A DNA stretch of 64,000 nt, taken from NCBI GenBank assembly GCA_043228905.1, contig JBHGNT010000008.1:9052001-9116000 (forward strand), written 5' to 3'. The stretch's first letter is position 1. The number at the start of each line of letters is the position of its first letter. Both the position numbers and the translations under genes were made by a program. This document shows positions 22,102 through 33,877 of the stretch, in pieces. The DNA is from Azolla caroliniana. Its lineage: Eukaryota > Plantae > Polypodiophyta. The notes under the pieces are model-generated. The model was not told where the DNA came from, made no database searches, and worked only from the letters and a program-made list of their open reading frames with translations.

Positions 22102-25100
22102 TTAATTGTGTGGATAATTTTTCTCCGGTCCTATCGGACTCTTACCCGAATCGCGCACCTTGCCGGCCTCTTGATGGTTTGCTGTCATTATGCTTTCCCC
22201 GGTTGCCGGCTCGTGCTCCCCCTTACCGGCTTGGTAGTTTTCGTTTTCCTCACGGGTTGCCGTCGTGGTTGGCCTGCCGACGTTTGATTCGGTGGCGGCC
22301 CTTCGTTCAAATGGGTTCTTGGGCATAGGTCCTTTGTATGGTTTTAGTCTAAATCCATTGACCCATTTACCCTGCACTTCACCGGCAAGTGTCCCTAACT
22401 GGTAAGACCCATTAAACTGGCGTGTGATCCAGTACATCTAAACCGTAGTTAGCCTGGCATTTTACCCATCTGGGTCTGGAACACTAGTACCGGCTTGCCG
22501 ATGCCGAACATTTTCTCGTTTCCCTTCCGGTCCCGATCTACAAACGCTTTCCGTCGTCGTTGTTCCAATTCTAGGTGCATGATGCTCGTCAGTTGGTGTT
22601 CTTCTAGTTCACCCAGAGCCTTTAACCGAATTGACTCTGATTCCTTTTCATTGAGTTGTTCCCGAATCTGAATCCGTAAGCTCAGTACCTGGAATTCGAC
22701 CGGCATGACTGCCTCTAATCTGAATGCTAACCGGAATGGCGTTGTTCGGATGCTTGTTTTGTACACTGTCCGGTAAGCCCAGAGCGCACTATGCAGCTTC
22801 GTGTCCCAATCTGTCCAATTTTCATTGACGATCTTGCGCAGGATATTCTGTAGCGTTTTGTTTGTTGACTCCGCTAATCCGTTGGCTTGTGGGTAGTACG
22901 GGGTGCTTCGTTTATGTACTACCGCATAGAACGTCGTCAAACTTTCTACCACCTATCCAAGAAAGTGCCCTCCTTGGTCGCTTATCAGCTCTATGGGGCA
23001 TCCGTACCGGCACCAAATGCATTCGTATAAGAATTTCGCCGTTGACGCCGCAGTGTTGTCTCGTAGGGCTTTCGCTTCCACCCACTTAGTGTAGTAATCC
23101 GTCGCGATGATCACGTACCGGTTGCCGGTTCTCATTGCCGGTGGTTTAAATGGCCCGACAAAATCCAGCCCCTATTTCTGGAATGGTTCTAGTGGTAGGA
23201 CTGGCTGGTGTGGCATCCGAGCTTGTTCCGTTGGCTAACCCATTTGTTGGCATAGATCACACTCCTTCGCATACCGGACTGCATCTTTCAATGTCGTCGG
23301 CCACCATAGGCCACTTTGCCATACTTTCCTTGACATCGTATCTGCGGCATAATGGCCTCCGGCGACTCCGCAGTGTGCCTCCCGTAGTATTACCTCTTTC
23401 TCGTCGCTGCGCACCGCTCGTCGCCAGATACCGTCCGCACCTTTGTGGTATAGCGTGTCCTGTAATAAACACAAGTGTTGGCTCTGTACTGCCAGGCGTT
23501 TTCTCTCGTCCCGGTTCATCTCCTCTGGAGGCAATCTGGTACTTAGAAACTGGTGCATATTAGTTAGTCACTTATCTTCTTGTGCCACCGTTTCATCTGT
23601 TGCCGTTTCCGTGATGACTCGAAAAAGCTCTGCATCCGAAAACTTGTCTGGTACTCCGTCACCTGTCTCCCTGGAATCTAACCGGCTTAGATAATCTGCT
23701 ACCGCATGCTATATGCTGGGTCAGTGGAATATGTCGAATTCGAACTCTTGCAACAACAAAGTCCACCGAGCCAACTTACCGGTAAGTGACGCTTTGGATA
23801 CTAGGTAGAGGAGTGCCGAATGATCCACATGGAAGGAGAACTTTCTTCCCAATAAATAATGCCTGAATTTTGTTACACTGTAGATCATTCCTAAAGCTTC
23901 CCTTTCCGTGGTAGAATAATTTCGTTCTGCTTGGGATAGCTTCCGGCTGGCATAGTACACTAGCCTGTACCACCTTGGCTCGGTAAGCTGCATGAGTCCA
24001 CTGCCGATTGCGATGTCGGAGGCGTCCACGAACACATGAAACTCTTTACTCCAATCCGAAGGCTGCACTGCCGGTGCTTGTGACAATAAAACCTTTAGTG
24101 CCCGGTACGCCTTGTCTTCGATGTCGGTTCATTGGAACGATGTTCGATGTACTGCCGCATGCAGAGGTGTAGCCAGGTCTGCCAAATATCGGAGCATACG
24201 GCTATGCCAACGGATTTGTCCTAGGAAACAGCTCAATGCCTTTGTCGTTGCCGGTGCCGGTGCTTCCAGGATTGCTTTCACTTTGTTCGGATCTACGGCA
24301 ATGCCTTCCTTGCTCACTATATGCCCTAGTAGCGTTCCGCTGGACACTCCAAATACACACTTCGCCGGATTCAGGCTTAGCCGGTATGCCCTACACTTCT
24401 CTAGACATAATCTGAGATGCTGCAAATGATCTTCTTCTCTGCTATAGACGGTGAAGTCGTCAAGGAACACCTACATAAAAGCCAATATGTATTCGCCAAA
24501 GATCTCCATGATGATCCGTTGGAATGTTGCTGGTGCCGTTTTCAGCCCGAACATCATCACCACATCAACAAACACTCCCCATTCAGTGACGAAAGTCGTT
24601 TTCTCTTGATCCTCAGGGTGCATCCGGATCTGATTATACCCGATGAATCCGTCTAAGAAACTGTAGACTTCATGGCCGGCGATGACATCCAAAACTCCAT
24701 CCGTAAAAGAAGTGGAAATGCATCCGTTACCGTTGCCGCATTGAGCTTCCGATAGTCAACACAAACTCTAATTTTGCCATTCTTTTTCAGTACGACTACG
24801 ATCGGGCTCAGCCATGTAGATTTCTTTACGGGACCGATGAAGCCAACCCTCAGCAATTTGTCGATTTCCTCCTTGACTTTGGCGGCGTAGTTTGGGTTCA
24901 TCCGGTATCGACGCTGTGCTACCGGCTTGACATCTTTGCTCAGATGTATCTGGTGCTGATACAACTGAGGATCCAGGCCTCTCATATCCTCGTAAGACCA
25001 GGCAAATACGTCACGAAACTCGTTGAGGAGCGTAATTATCGCCGTTTTGTTCTCTGCATTCATTTCTTTGGCGATGTGCACCGGTTTTGACTCCTCCGCC

Positions 25101-27634
25101 GTTCCTAGATTTACCTCTTCTAATTGAGACGCTTTTACGTGCTGGGATACGGCCATTTCCTTTTCCAACGCCTCCTGCACTTGCAGTAACTCCCGGATTG
25201 CTTCTTTATCCGGTTCCGCTTCGATTCCGTCTGGTCGCAGTAAGTATGGTGATACCGCTTTGGCGACGTCAATTTCGAATAGGGGTACAATCTTCGGGTT
25301 CTCCAGCAAGTATTGCTCTTCTTCTTCGTCTGCTAATCCTTCTAGCATATTGACGCACTCCGCATATAACGGTGTCAGATCCTTGCCAGTGCCCTTCCTT
25401 GGTTGTGGTGGTACCCGTACCTTCGCTTTTCCCCACCGGAACGTAATCATATTCCTCCTCCAGTTCTGCTTGATGTGTGCCGTCTTTAACCAAGGGCGTC
25501 CCAACAATAATGGGTACGCCCCTTGAGCCTGCAACTGGAGAACTACGGCTGAGATTCGGAATGTGTGGCCCCCGATGGTTACTTCCAAGTTCCGTATTAA
25601 TCCTGTCGGTCGCACCGACCTTGTGTCCGCCATTCGGAGCCAGAACGAACATGGCTCCCACTCTTGGATTCCAAGAGCATCGCACGTCCGGAGGCTGATC
25701 ACATTATCGTCGGAGCCTCCGTCTATTATCGTGCTGGGGAGTTCTTTCCCTTTCACAATGGCCGTAATTGCTGGACTGTTGGTGTCCACCACAGCCGGTC
25801 CTTCCTCCGGATTTGAGAAGAGTGCCGGAGTCGGTGGTGTGCCGCCTGTCGTCATGCCGGGCTTGAGTCCTTTTGTGAATCTTGGTACTAGCTGCAAGAG
25901 TCGTCCTAACGGCATTGTGATCTAGCATTCCTACAATGCCTGCCATGTCACGTTTTCGGACTGACTGCCGTCGGCGAACTCTTCGGGGTTCTCCTTTTGC
26001 TGCGCGAGTTCTGCTACGTTTCGCTCGTTTGCCTTTTTCACCCATTCCGTCGCCTGTTTCCGGATGGCCTCTTGTGTCTCCCATTCCGTCGTCTTGCCCT
26101 TCGACCTTGTGGTGACCTACTGCAGGTCTGCGACTTCGGCGACTACCATGTTCACTGTCGGTCGCGTATCATAGCTCTTTGCCGGACATTGATTACTTAT
26201 GTCCTTCTTGTCGGCAGTAATAGCAATATGCTTTCCGGGTGTTGCTGGATTCGGCATTGTTTCCTGTACCCGGTGGAGGACTTGTGGTAACCGCAGGGCT
26301 CTGGTCCGGTTGGCTGCTTGAGGCGCCTTTTTCCGGTTCACGTGGGTGGCTCCTGTTTTTGAAATGCCGTTTTTTATTAAAGTTCTTTTTGTTGCGGTAC
26401 CCTTGCCGGGGTTGGTCGTCATACCTCCCGTAATCTTCCCATCGTTGCGGTGTCCGGAATTCAAGCAGGTCGTGCATTGGATTGCTTGATAGAAACGGAG
26501 ATCCTCATCGGTTGGTAATGCTCATTGGAGGGCTCCCATTGTTAGCCAAGAGCTCGTTTTCTCCATTTCTCTAACCCGGTCGATGACCTGGTTGACGGTG
26601 CTTGTGCGAAAGTCGATGACCGTGCATACCGTTCGTAGAGGTTCTCGGAGTGCGGCTAAAAATATAGCCCGCGTTTCTTCCTCCGGAGGTGCGCAGGTAA
26701 GCTGATTGTGCATCCGTTGAAACCGGATGACAAACTGCGGGATGCTCTCCCCGGGGTCCTGCCGAATTGTATAAAATAAGCCCACCATTTCTCGCTGGTC
26801 CACCTCCTTCTAGAAGAAGTGCAAGAATTTGTCTTTCAGGTCCGCAAAGGTGGTGATGGTGCTGCGATCCTGCGTCCGGTGCCATTTGGCGGCCGGTCCT
26901 TCCAATGTCACGCCGAATTCGGCTATCTTAGATCATTCCTCTTCTGCCGCGGTTAACCGTTGTGATACATGGTTCGCTTCCCATGTTTGTTCAAACGCGT
27001 GAACATGAGCCTCCGCGTCCGGGTCATCCCGATACTTGGAGTACTGGAATGACATGTCGTCGTCCGGTGTCGGTACGTGGGTTGGCGGTGTCGTTGGTCT
27101 TTCCTAATGTTCTGTCGGTGTCGGGGGTCTTTGCCGGTCTTCCTTTGGTGTTGCCGGCTCGACTTCCGGTGTTGGAGGTTTTTGCTGGTGCACTTCCGGT
27201 GTTGGAGGTTGCTCCACGACGAGTGTCGGAGGTTCCCGGTCTGCCAACTCTGGTTCTGGTGTCGGTAAGGTATCCGACTCCTCGTCCTCCGGTCCTCCGG
27301 GGGTGTCGTTACTGCTGCGACAGTTCGTATGCGTGCTGAAACCCCCTTCCGAATCCGATTCCAGCGCTGAAAATGCTTCGGATTCTCCGTCTCTTCTGGC
27401 CAAGGCCTGGAGAAGGGATTCCGCTTCCCGGAGGCTGCTTAAGCTGCTTCCTTCATCCGGGTAGGCGTTTTGTTGCAGACAGAGCGACTGCTCCGCCACA
27501 TTCCGGATCACTTTGGAAAATGATCGATCCGTTCGGATTTCTTCCGCTGCTTGCTGGAAAGCCTCCCGCCGCCTTCGTCGTTCAGCAAGTCTTCGTGCTC
27601 TCTCCGTAATCGGGTCGTCTGTTGGCCTAGCCAT
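22102..27634 (-). pseudogene. Gypsy D gag-PR-RT-RH-IN (frameshifted, with stops)
   Basis: CYYCRQEGH, IIDGGSD, RVCVDYRKLN, FLDDFTVYS, VFVDASDIAIG, EAHCGVAGGH...CDLCQ, TDYYTKWVEA, PQANGLAEST. Confidence 0.92.
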
Positions 27635-27670
27635 CCATTCTCGCCGTTGTTCACTATGATTATGCAGGAA

Positions 27671-27682
27671 TCGTGGTCGCCA
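27671..27682 (-). promoter_or_regulatory. PBS of D (tRNA-Arg(UCG)-like)
   Basis: TGGCGACCACGA, 7 nt after the 5' LTR behind a T-rich spacer. tRNA identity is from recall. Confidence 0.7.
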
Positions 27683-27689
27683 AAAATTG

Positions 27690-28148
27690 TGTTATTGCTA
27701 GGGCCAGACAACAGCCTAACACAGGGTGTCCACTTAAGACACTTCACCAAAGGGTGGTACGGCAGAATGATTTACAACACAACGCTTAATTAGACCTTAA
27801 TTGGTTACTTAGCAATCCGTAATTAACACGCGTAAGATATAACAATGAATATAGAACAGTAATCAACACTGGAAGATTAAGACAATAAGCTTTATTAATT
27901 ATCCGCTCCTGATTACATTGTAATCGGGCCTTTATATAGGTCTCCAGTGCGAAATACAAAACGGTGCCAACCGGCACCTTTAGGGGATCGTTCCGGATCC
28001 GGATCAGCATACCAATTCCAGTCCGCCGGCCACATCTTCTTATATATTAATATATATATTAAGACTACTAATTACAAAAGTTCCCGAATAACTATTCCTT
28101 TCACACTCTGGTTTGGACCTCCTTAAGCCTTTTTGCCGGCTGGTAACA
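27690..28148 (-). repeat. 5' LTR of D
   Basis: Matches 17922-18381. Confidence 0.93.
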
Positions 28149-28153
28149 AGGGT

Positions 28154-29422
28154 CGTCATTTTCACCACTGGTGAAAAGATTTCGTCGAAGTCGACGCCAT
28201 ATTCTTGTCTAAATCCCTTCACAACTAATCTAGCCTTGTACTTTGGTGTGGTCGAGTCAGACGTCTCTTTTAGTCGATAGACCCACTTACATGGAAGAGC
28301 ACGTCGATTCTTCAGTAATTCGACCAAGTCCCAAGTCTTGTTTGCCCGTATGGAGTGCATTTCTGACTCCATCGCCAGATGCCATGTGGCTGAATCGGCA
28401 TATGCCGATGCTTCTTCGTAAGACGTTAGTTTGCCGATGTCGGTAAAGAAAATTCCAGGAGAGTAGGTCTCCGGAGGTTGCAACAATCTCGAGGTATGAC
28501 TGGACTAGTCGCACCGGGTGTCAATGTCGGATGGTTGGGAGCCGAGCCATTCGGTTGTGCCGAATCAGTGGATTCGATGCGAGAGTTGTCGGTTACCCGT
28601 GAAACCGATCTCGTGTTGTGGGCTGGGCCGTCATGAAGGGTTGGCACTTTGGAAAATATTACCCTTTGGACTTCAATAGGCCTTTCGACCGTTTTATGCA
28701 TAGCCGACTCGTTGAACACGACATCTGAACTTCGGACGATTTATCTATGCTCAGGGTCTTAGAGTCAGTATCTAATCTCGCCGTCGGGTCCATATCCAAG
28801 AAAAACACATTTCCTTGACCTTGGTTCGAGTTTTCGACGGTCGTCTTTCGGTATGAGAGCATACGCCTCACTACCAAAGATCCTCAGTTTGTCATAATTC
28901 GGCTTACTGTCGGTCCATATTTCCTGAGGTATTTGAAGTCCTAGAGGTCTACTTGGCGACATATTTATTATGTGTATTGCCGTAAGTAGAGCCTCCGCCC
29001 AGAAGCCATCCGACAATCCAGAGTGTTGGAGCATGGATACTACGCGTTCTTGAATTGTCTGATTCATGCGTTCAGCAATTCCGTTCTGCTCCGGACTATA
29101 GGGTGCCGTATATTCACATCGAATGTCGTGTTCCCAGCAGAATTTGACAAATTCTTCAAACTTGAATTCTCCTCCATTGTCGGTTCGGAGACATTTTAGT
29201 TTCCGACTGGTCTGATTTTCGACCATTGCAAGCCATTCGAAGAAGATCGAGAACACCCGATCTTTGGTTTGGATGGGATAAGCCCACACCTTCCGAGTCG
29301 AGTTGTCAATGAAACCGAGAGACTGATGTGGCATCGGGCCACAGACGTCCAAGTGGACTAAATCAAGGGGGTCGATTCTCTTGGTGTTGATGTCGGGTGT
29401 GATGTGGCTACCTGTTTGCCGT
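28154..29422 (-). pseudogene. Copia Y integrase core and RT N-terminal part
   Basis: DVCGPM, LRTDNGGEF, PEQNGIAERMN, YKARLVVKGF. Confidence 0.9.
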
Positions 29423-29981
29423 TGTCGTGCCTTTCGGCTCCGGATCGTTGCGTGAGTCGGGTGGGAACCACTGGGGTTTTGGACTAGGAAGAGGAGAGTT
29501 TTAAGGCTAATAAGAATATAAATATGTTGTAAGAAAGAGTTATAGCAAACTCGTGAATCCCACGAGTGTATTGTATTAGATTAATCAATATGAATATAAG
29601 AATATAAACTTCGGTTGAAAGAGAATGATATAGAATTCTCGTGAATCCCACGAGTATAGTTTATTAATTGGTGTTTTTTAGAAACATATCCAGTTTCCAA
29701 ATATTTTTCACACACAATTACATTGTGCTCCCCATCCTTATGTAGTGATGAGGAAGTCTTAGTAATCCATGCTTTTTCTCTAACTATAGACCCCATGCTT
29801 TTCCTATAGATAGACTATATGCTTTATCTAAAGTGATCATGCTTTTTTTCTAACTTGTGCGTTTTTTATCATGCACGCTAGATGTGTATGTGTAGCTTTT
29901 TCTTTTGTTATGCGTTTTTCTAATGTTTATCCTAGCATGAATTTACCTTTCTATGTGGGACATCTATGCTTTAACACTAAT

Positions 29982-30053
29982 GAAATGCTAGTGTAATGGT
30001 AAGACATTACATTATTAACATGGAGGTGCAAGGTTCGAATCTTGCCCTATGCA
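29982..30053 (+). other. tRNA-derived, Pol III promoter-like module in the E LTR (second copy at about 32777-32848)
   Basis: A-box TAGTGTAATGG at 29989-29999 and B-box GGTTCGAATCT at 30032-30042, at tRNA-like spacing. GCAAG/CTTGC stem flanks the B-box, with T-runs downstream. The acceptor and anticodon stems do not fold convincingly. Confidence 0.55.
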
Positions 30054-30144
30054 TGTTCCATTTATTTTGCTATTTTCTTCTATTTCTTCATTTTTTTATT
30101 GAATCTAATACTATATACGTTTTTCACGTAGTGTACAAAATACA

Positions 30145-32178
30145 CTACGACACTCGCCCCCTCCAAACCCGCACATCCTCCGGTATGTGCCGAAGTTGTT
30201 GGTGTTTGTTAGTCTCCTCCGTCCGGTCTCTACCCGATTGGTTTCGTTGCCGGCTCGTAGTACCCTCGACTTCTCTTGTTATGTTGACTTTGTCTCTCCA
30301 TTTGGAGCACATCCATTCTTTCCACCCGAACCATTGTCGACATCCGATCCACCATAGTCTTCGTTCGCTTTTTGCATGGCCCGCTTGGTCCTTGTCATCC
30401 GCGGTAGTATCTTTTCTTGCCCTCTTTCTTTTCTTCATCAATCTCGACTTCTTTTCGGATTTTCGGTTTAGTCGGATTAGCTTACTTCCGATTCGGTCTC
30501 GTCGGATCGTCTTTCGTTTAGTTCGGCTTCCTTTCCGATTTGTATTCGGTCGATCCGGACTCGGTTGATCGGTTTTTACCGATTCAGTGCTCTTTCGGGT
30601 CGGTTTCTTTTCTTTTCTTTTCGTCCGGATTTGCTTTCTTTTCTTCGTTTTCACCTGCCTTGTCCGGTTCGACTTTCGGCACTTCTTTCCGTTGTTCGTT
30701 ACGTAGGTCCTCCGATATGTGCTCGTTGTTCGGTCCTCGTGTGGTTGTAATGCATGCTTCTTTTCTCGCCGTAGCGCGTGCTTCTTTATTCGCCATAACA
30801 CGCGTTTCTTTATTCGCCGTAGAGCGTGCTCTGTATTAAGCGCTTCTCCCGTCGTAGACCCGACCTCCGCATTGTCGCACTTTCTTTTAGATTGGAATTT
30901 CGGATGAATCATTTTCCATCCAAACCGACTTCCGACTTTACCTTCCTCGCCGCCATCTCCCGTCTCTCCGGTCTCACGTTGGTTCTCGGACACAACCGCC
31001 GAAGTCTCTAGATATTGTTGGCATGAATCCTCGGTATTACCTTCTTTCGTAGTTTCACCCTTAGCATTCTTCTCGGCTATCTCTTCATCGTATTCGTCGG
31101 CTTCGACATTCGTTTTCTCTCCGCCACCTTTCGTCTCTTCGGTCTCACGTTGCCTTTCGATCGCAACCGCCGGAGTCTCTGGAATCAGTGGTGGGGAAGT
31201 CTCGATATGGCAATCCGCCATTGATTCGTCCATAGCCACCTCCGATTCGATTTCGTCTTTTGTGGCTACCTCCTTAATCACATCCGCTTCACACTCTTTA
31301 TCTGCATCAATTATGCAAACATCTATTATGCTTACCCCTTTTTGACCCGATGTCTCGGGCACTTGTATCCCGAAATTTCCTTCTACACTTGAATTATCGG
31401 CCTTATCCTTCGCCATCGTTCTTTCACAAGACGAGTGGGTGTCTTGTTCCACTCTTTCTCCCATGGTACCATCATGTTGTATTTCGGCCTTCATATTGGC
31501 TTCATCGTTTTTCCTTAATCGACCATCCTTCATGGGCCATGTCGTTGTTGACGAGATTCTCAGCTTCCTTTCATCATGTCTTCGGCATACCCTTTCGACT
31601 TTGGCCCAATCCTCGGTAAGACCGTTCGCACCGTCATCATCTTCGAGTTCGATCCCGATGTCCTTCCTTTCTTTCCGATCAATCGATCTTACGAACATTA
31701 GGACTTTGTCCTCCCCCACCAATCTTTGTTCCTGCTCCGAGAGTCGAGCAAAACGATGCTCGAACTCTAGGAATGCTTGTGTTGCACTTCGGTGGGTCTT
31801 CTCCGATGCCACCCATTCGTCGAATTTTCGCCGATCTTGTCCCTTTGATCTCTTGTAATCATATGCCTCTCGTAAAGCTTCTTCGAATGACCCCCATGTC
31901 GAGTTTTGTTGCCGTATCTTGTGGATTCTCTCTTGTAGCTCATCCGTGGCCACCCGATTGAAGGATGTCACTTGCAATCCTTCCGGTATCCCACATCGTA
32001 TCATCTCCGCCTTGTAGTCACGTAGATAGCATGACACATCGTTTCCGTTGAATTGTCCATTTCGTTGTACGAGCCGCTTTACTGCCCCCGTGATCTCCGA
32101 CATCGCTCGTTGTTCTTGTAGCATCCGCTCGAACATCATCATCATCGTTATGCTCAGTGCCTCTTGTTGATTCTCCAT
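30145..32178 (-). CDS. Intact Gag-like protein of E (about 677 aa from the first ATG): capsid-like N-terminus, acidic repeats, K/R-rich region, Trp-rich C-terminal motif
   Basis: Uninterrupted ORF from the PBS to 8 nt inside the 3' LTR. GQFNGNDVSCYLRDYKAEM aligns with B gag (GQFS.KDATSYLEAYKSEM) and with H. Confidence 0.85.
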   Translation of the reverse strand: MENQQEALSITMMMMFERMLQEQRAMSEITGAVKRLVQRNGQFNGNDVSCYLRDYKAEMIRCGIPEGLQVTSFNRVATDELQERIHKIRQQNSTWGSFEEALREAYDYKRSKGQDRRKFDEWVASEKTHRSATQAFLEFEHRFARLSEQEQRLVGEDKVLMFVRSIDRKERKDIGIELEDDDGANGLTEDWAKVERVCRRHDERKLRISSTTTWPMKDGRLRKNDEANMKAEIQHDGTMGERVEQDTHSSCERTMAKDKADNSSVEGNFGIQVPETSGQKGVSIIDVCIIDADKECEADVIKEVATKDEIESEVAMDESMADCHIETSPPLIPETPAVAIERQRETEETKGGGEKTNVEADEYDEEIAEKNAKGETTKEGNTEDSCQQYLETSAVVSENQRETGETGDGGEEGKVGSRFGWKMIHPKFQSKRKCDNAEVGSTTGEALNTEHALRRIKKRVLWRIKKHALRREKKHALQPHEDRTTSTYRRTYVTNNGKKCRKSNRTRQVKTKKRKQIRTKRKEKKPTRKSTESVKTDQPSPDRPNTNRKGSRTKRKTIRRDRIGSKLIRLNRKSEKKSRLMKKRKRARKDTTADDKDQAGHAKSERRLWWIGCRQWFGWKEWMCSKWRDKVNITREVEGTTSRQRNQSGRDRTEETNKHQQLRHIPEDVRVWRGRVS

Positions 32179-32194
32179 CTCCTTGCCACCCGCC

Positions 32195-32212
32195 TTCACG
32201 TTGGGTTCACCA
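32195..32212 (-). promoter_or_regulatory. PBS of E (tRNA-Trp-like)
   Basis: TGGTGAACCCAACGTGAA, 17/18 match to the complement of the recalled plant tRNA-Trp 3' end. Confidence 0.8.
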
Positions 32213-32951
32213 ACTTGTGTCGTGCCTTTCGGCTCCGGATCGTTGTGTGAGTCGGGTGGGAACCGCTGGGGTTTTGGACTAGGAAGAGGAGAGTTTTAAG
32301 GCTAATAAGAATATAAATATGTTGTAAGAAAGAGTTATAGCAAACTCGTGAATCCCACGAGTGTATTGTATTAGATTAATCAATATGAATATAAGAATAT
32401 AAACTTCGGTTGAAAGAGAATGATATAGAATTCTCGTGAATCCCACGAGTATAGTTTATTAATTGGTGTTTTTTAGAAACATATCCAGTTTCCAAATATT
32501 TTTCACACACAATTACATTGTGCTCCCCATCCTTATGTAGTGATGAGGAAGTCTTAGTAATCCATGCTTTTTCTCTAACTATAGACCCCATGCTTTTCCT
32601 ATAGATAGACTATATGCTTTATCTAAAGTGATCATGCTTTTTTTCTAACTTGTGCGTTTTTTATCATGCACGCTAGATGTGTATGTGTAGCTTTTTCTTT
32701 TGTTATGCGTTTTTCTAATGTTTATCCTAGCGTGAATTTACCTTTCTATGTGGGACATCTATGCTTTAACACTAATGAAATGCTAGTGTAATGGTAAGAC
32801 ATTACATTATTAACATGGAGGTGCAAGGTTCGAATCTTGCCCTATGCATGTTCCATTTATTTTGCTATTTTCTTCTATTTCTTCATTTTTTTATTGAATC
32901 TAATACTATATACGTTTTTCACGTAGTGTACAAAATACACTACGACACCGT

Positions 32952-33386
32952 ACTCGTAATGCTCGCAGAATTGGTGATCCGAGAAAGAGAGCTTGGGGAT
33001 GTAACCGACTCTGGATAGGTGCGTTATGTCGGCCTTGCTGAGGTGTCCAAGTTGTCCATGCCATAACGATGACACGGAGATATCAACCATAAATAAGTCA
33101 CCCTCTTTGAGCGTGACATATAAAGGATACAAAGAGTGTACCTAGGGTCCTCGAGCAAGCAGGAGGTTCCCTTTATGGAGTGTCCACCCTCTTGATGAGA
33201 ACCCAGCACGGATGCCGGCTTCGTCAAGTTGTCCGACTGAGATCAAGGGACTTGACAGCTCAGGAACGTGTCGGACATTGTGTAGTACGAGTGTAGAGCC
33301 ACCTGGAAGGTTGAGCTCTACGGTGCCGATTCCAATTATGGCACAATGTTGTGCATTTCCGACTCGAACTGAGTCGGAGTGCCGGT
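32952..33386 (-). pseudogene. Copia Y protease / pre-integrase fragment
   Basis: LWHGQLGHLS...FCEHYEYG. Joins 29422 and 40506 across E and F. Confidence 0.85.
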
Positions 33387-33877
33387 TGTTACCTGACCGG
33401 CAAGAAGGCTTAAGGATGTCCAGACCAGAGTTTGAAAGGAATAGTTTATTCGGGAACTATTGTAATTATTTTATTAATATGGACAGACGGACCGGAATCG
33501 GTATGCCGATCCGGATCCGGTCCGATTCCGAATAGGTGCCGGTTGGCACCGTTTTGTACTTTGCACTGGAGACCTATATAAAGGCCCGGTTACAATGTAA
33601 TTGACAGCGGATAATTAATAGAACTTATTGCCTTAACCTTTCAGTATTGATTACTGTTCTGTGCTTATTGTATATCTTACGCGTGTTAATGATATATTGC
33701 TAAGTAACGAATTAAGGTCTAATTAAGCGTTGTGTTGTAGGTCATCTTGCCGTAACACCCTTTGGTGAAGTGTCTTAAGTGGACACCCTGTGTTAGGTTG
33801 TTGTCCGGCCCTAGGATTAACACAGTTTTTCGCGACCACGATTCTTGCACAATCGTAGTGAACAGCGGCGGGAATGG

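Larger units (their letters stand above)
17922..28148 (-). mobile_element. Gypsy element D (non-chromovirus, Athila/Tat-like architecture, extra 3' ORF, no PPT)
   Basis: LTRs 17922-18381 and 27690-28148. TSD AGGGT at 17917-17921 and 28149-28153. PBS TGGCGACCACGA at 27671-27682 (minus strand). Confidence 0.93.
29423..32947 (-). mobile_element. Non-autonomous gag-only LTR element E (TR-GAG-like), very young
   Basis: 730-bp LTRs 29423-30152 and 32218-32947 with about 3 differences by eye. 4-bp TSD CCGT. tRNA-Trp-type PBS 32195-32212. PPT 30153-30164 with hairpin 30171-30190. Single ORF, no pol. Confidence 0.93.

Noticed and set aside
17922-28148. Reading D as a plus-strand element with PBS at 18384 and antisense gag-pol
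   Set aside because: The LTR TATA and AATAAA point the same way as gag-pol, a PBS exists on that strand, and there is no PPT before the right LTR either. Kept only as an alternative hypothesis.
29982-30053. Functional tRNA gene
   Set aside because: The acceptor and anticodon arms do not pair. Reported only as a tRNA-like promoter module.
29996-30568. 190-aa hydrophobic ORF, and similar antisense ORFs such as 59334-60224 and 56396-56932
   Set aside because: They are shadows of purine-rich sense ORFs or LTR sequence, with no independent support.
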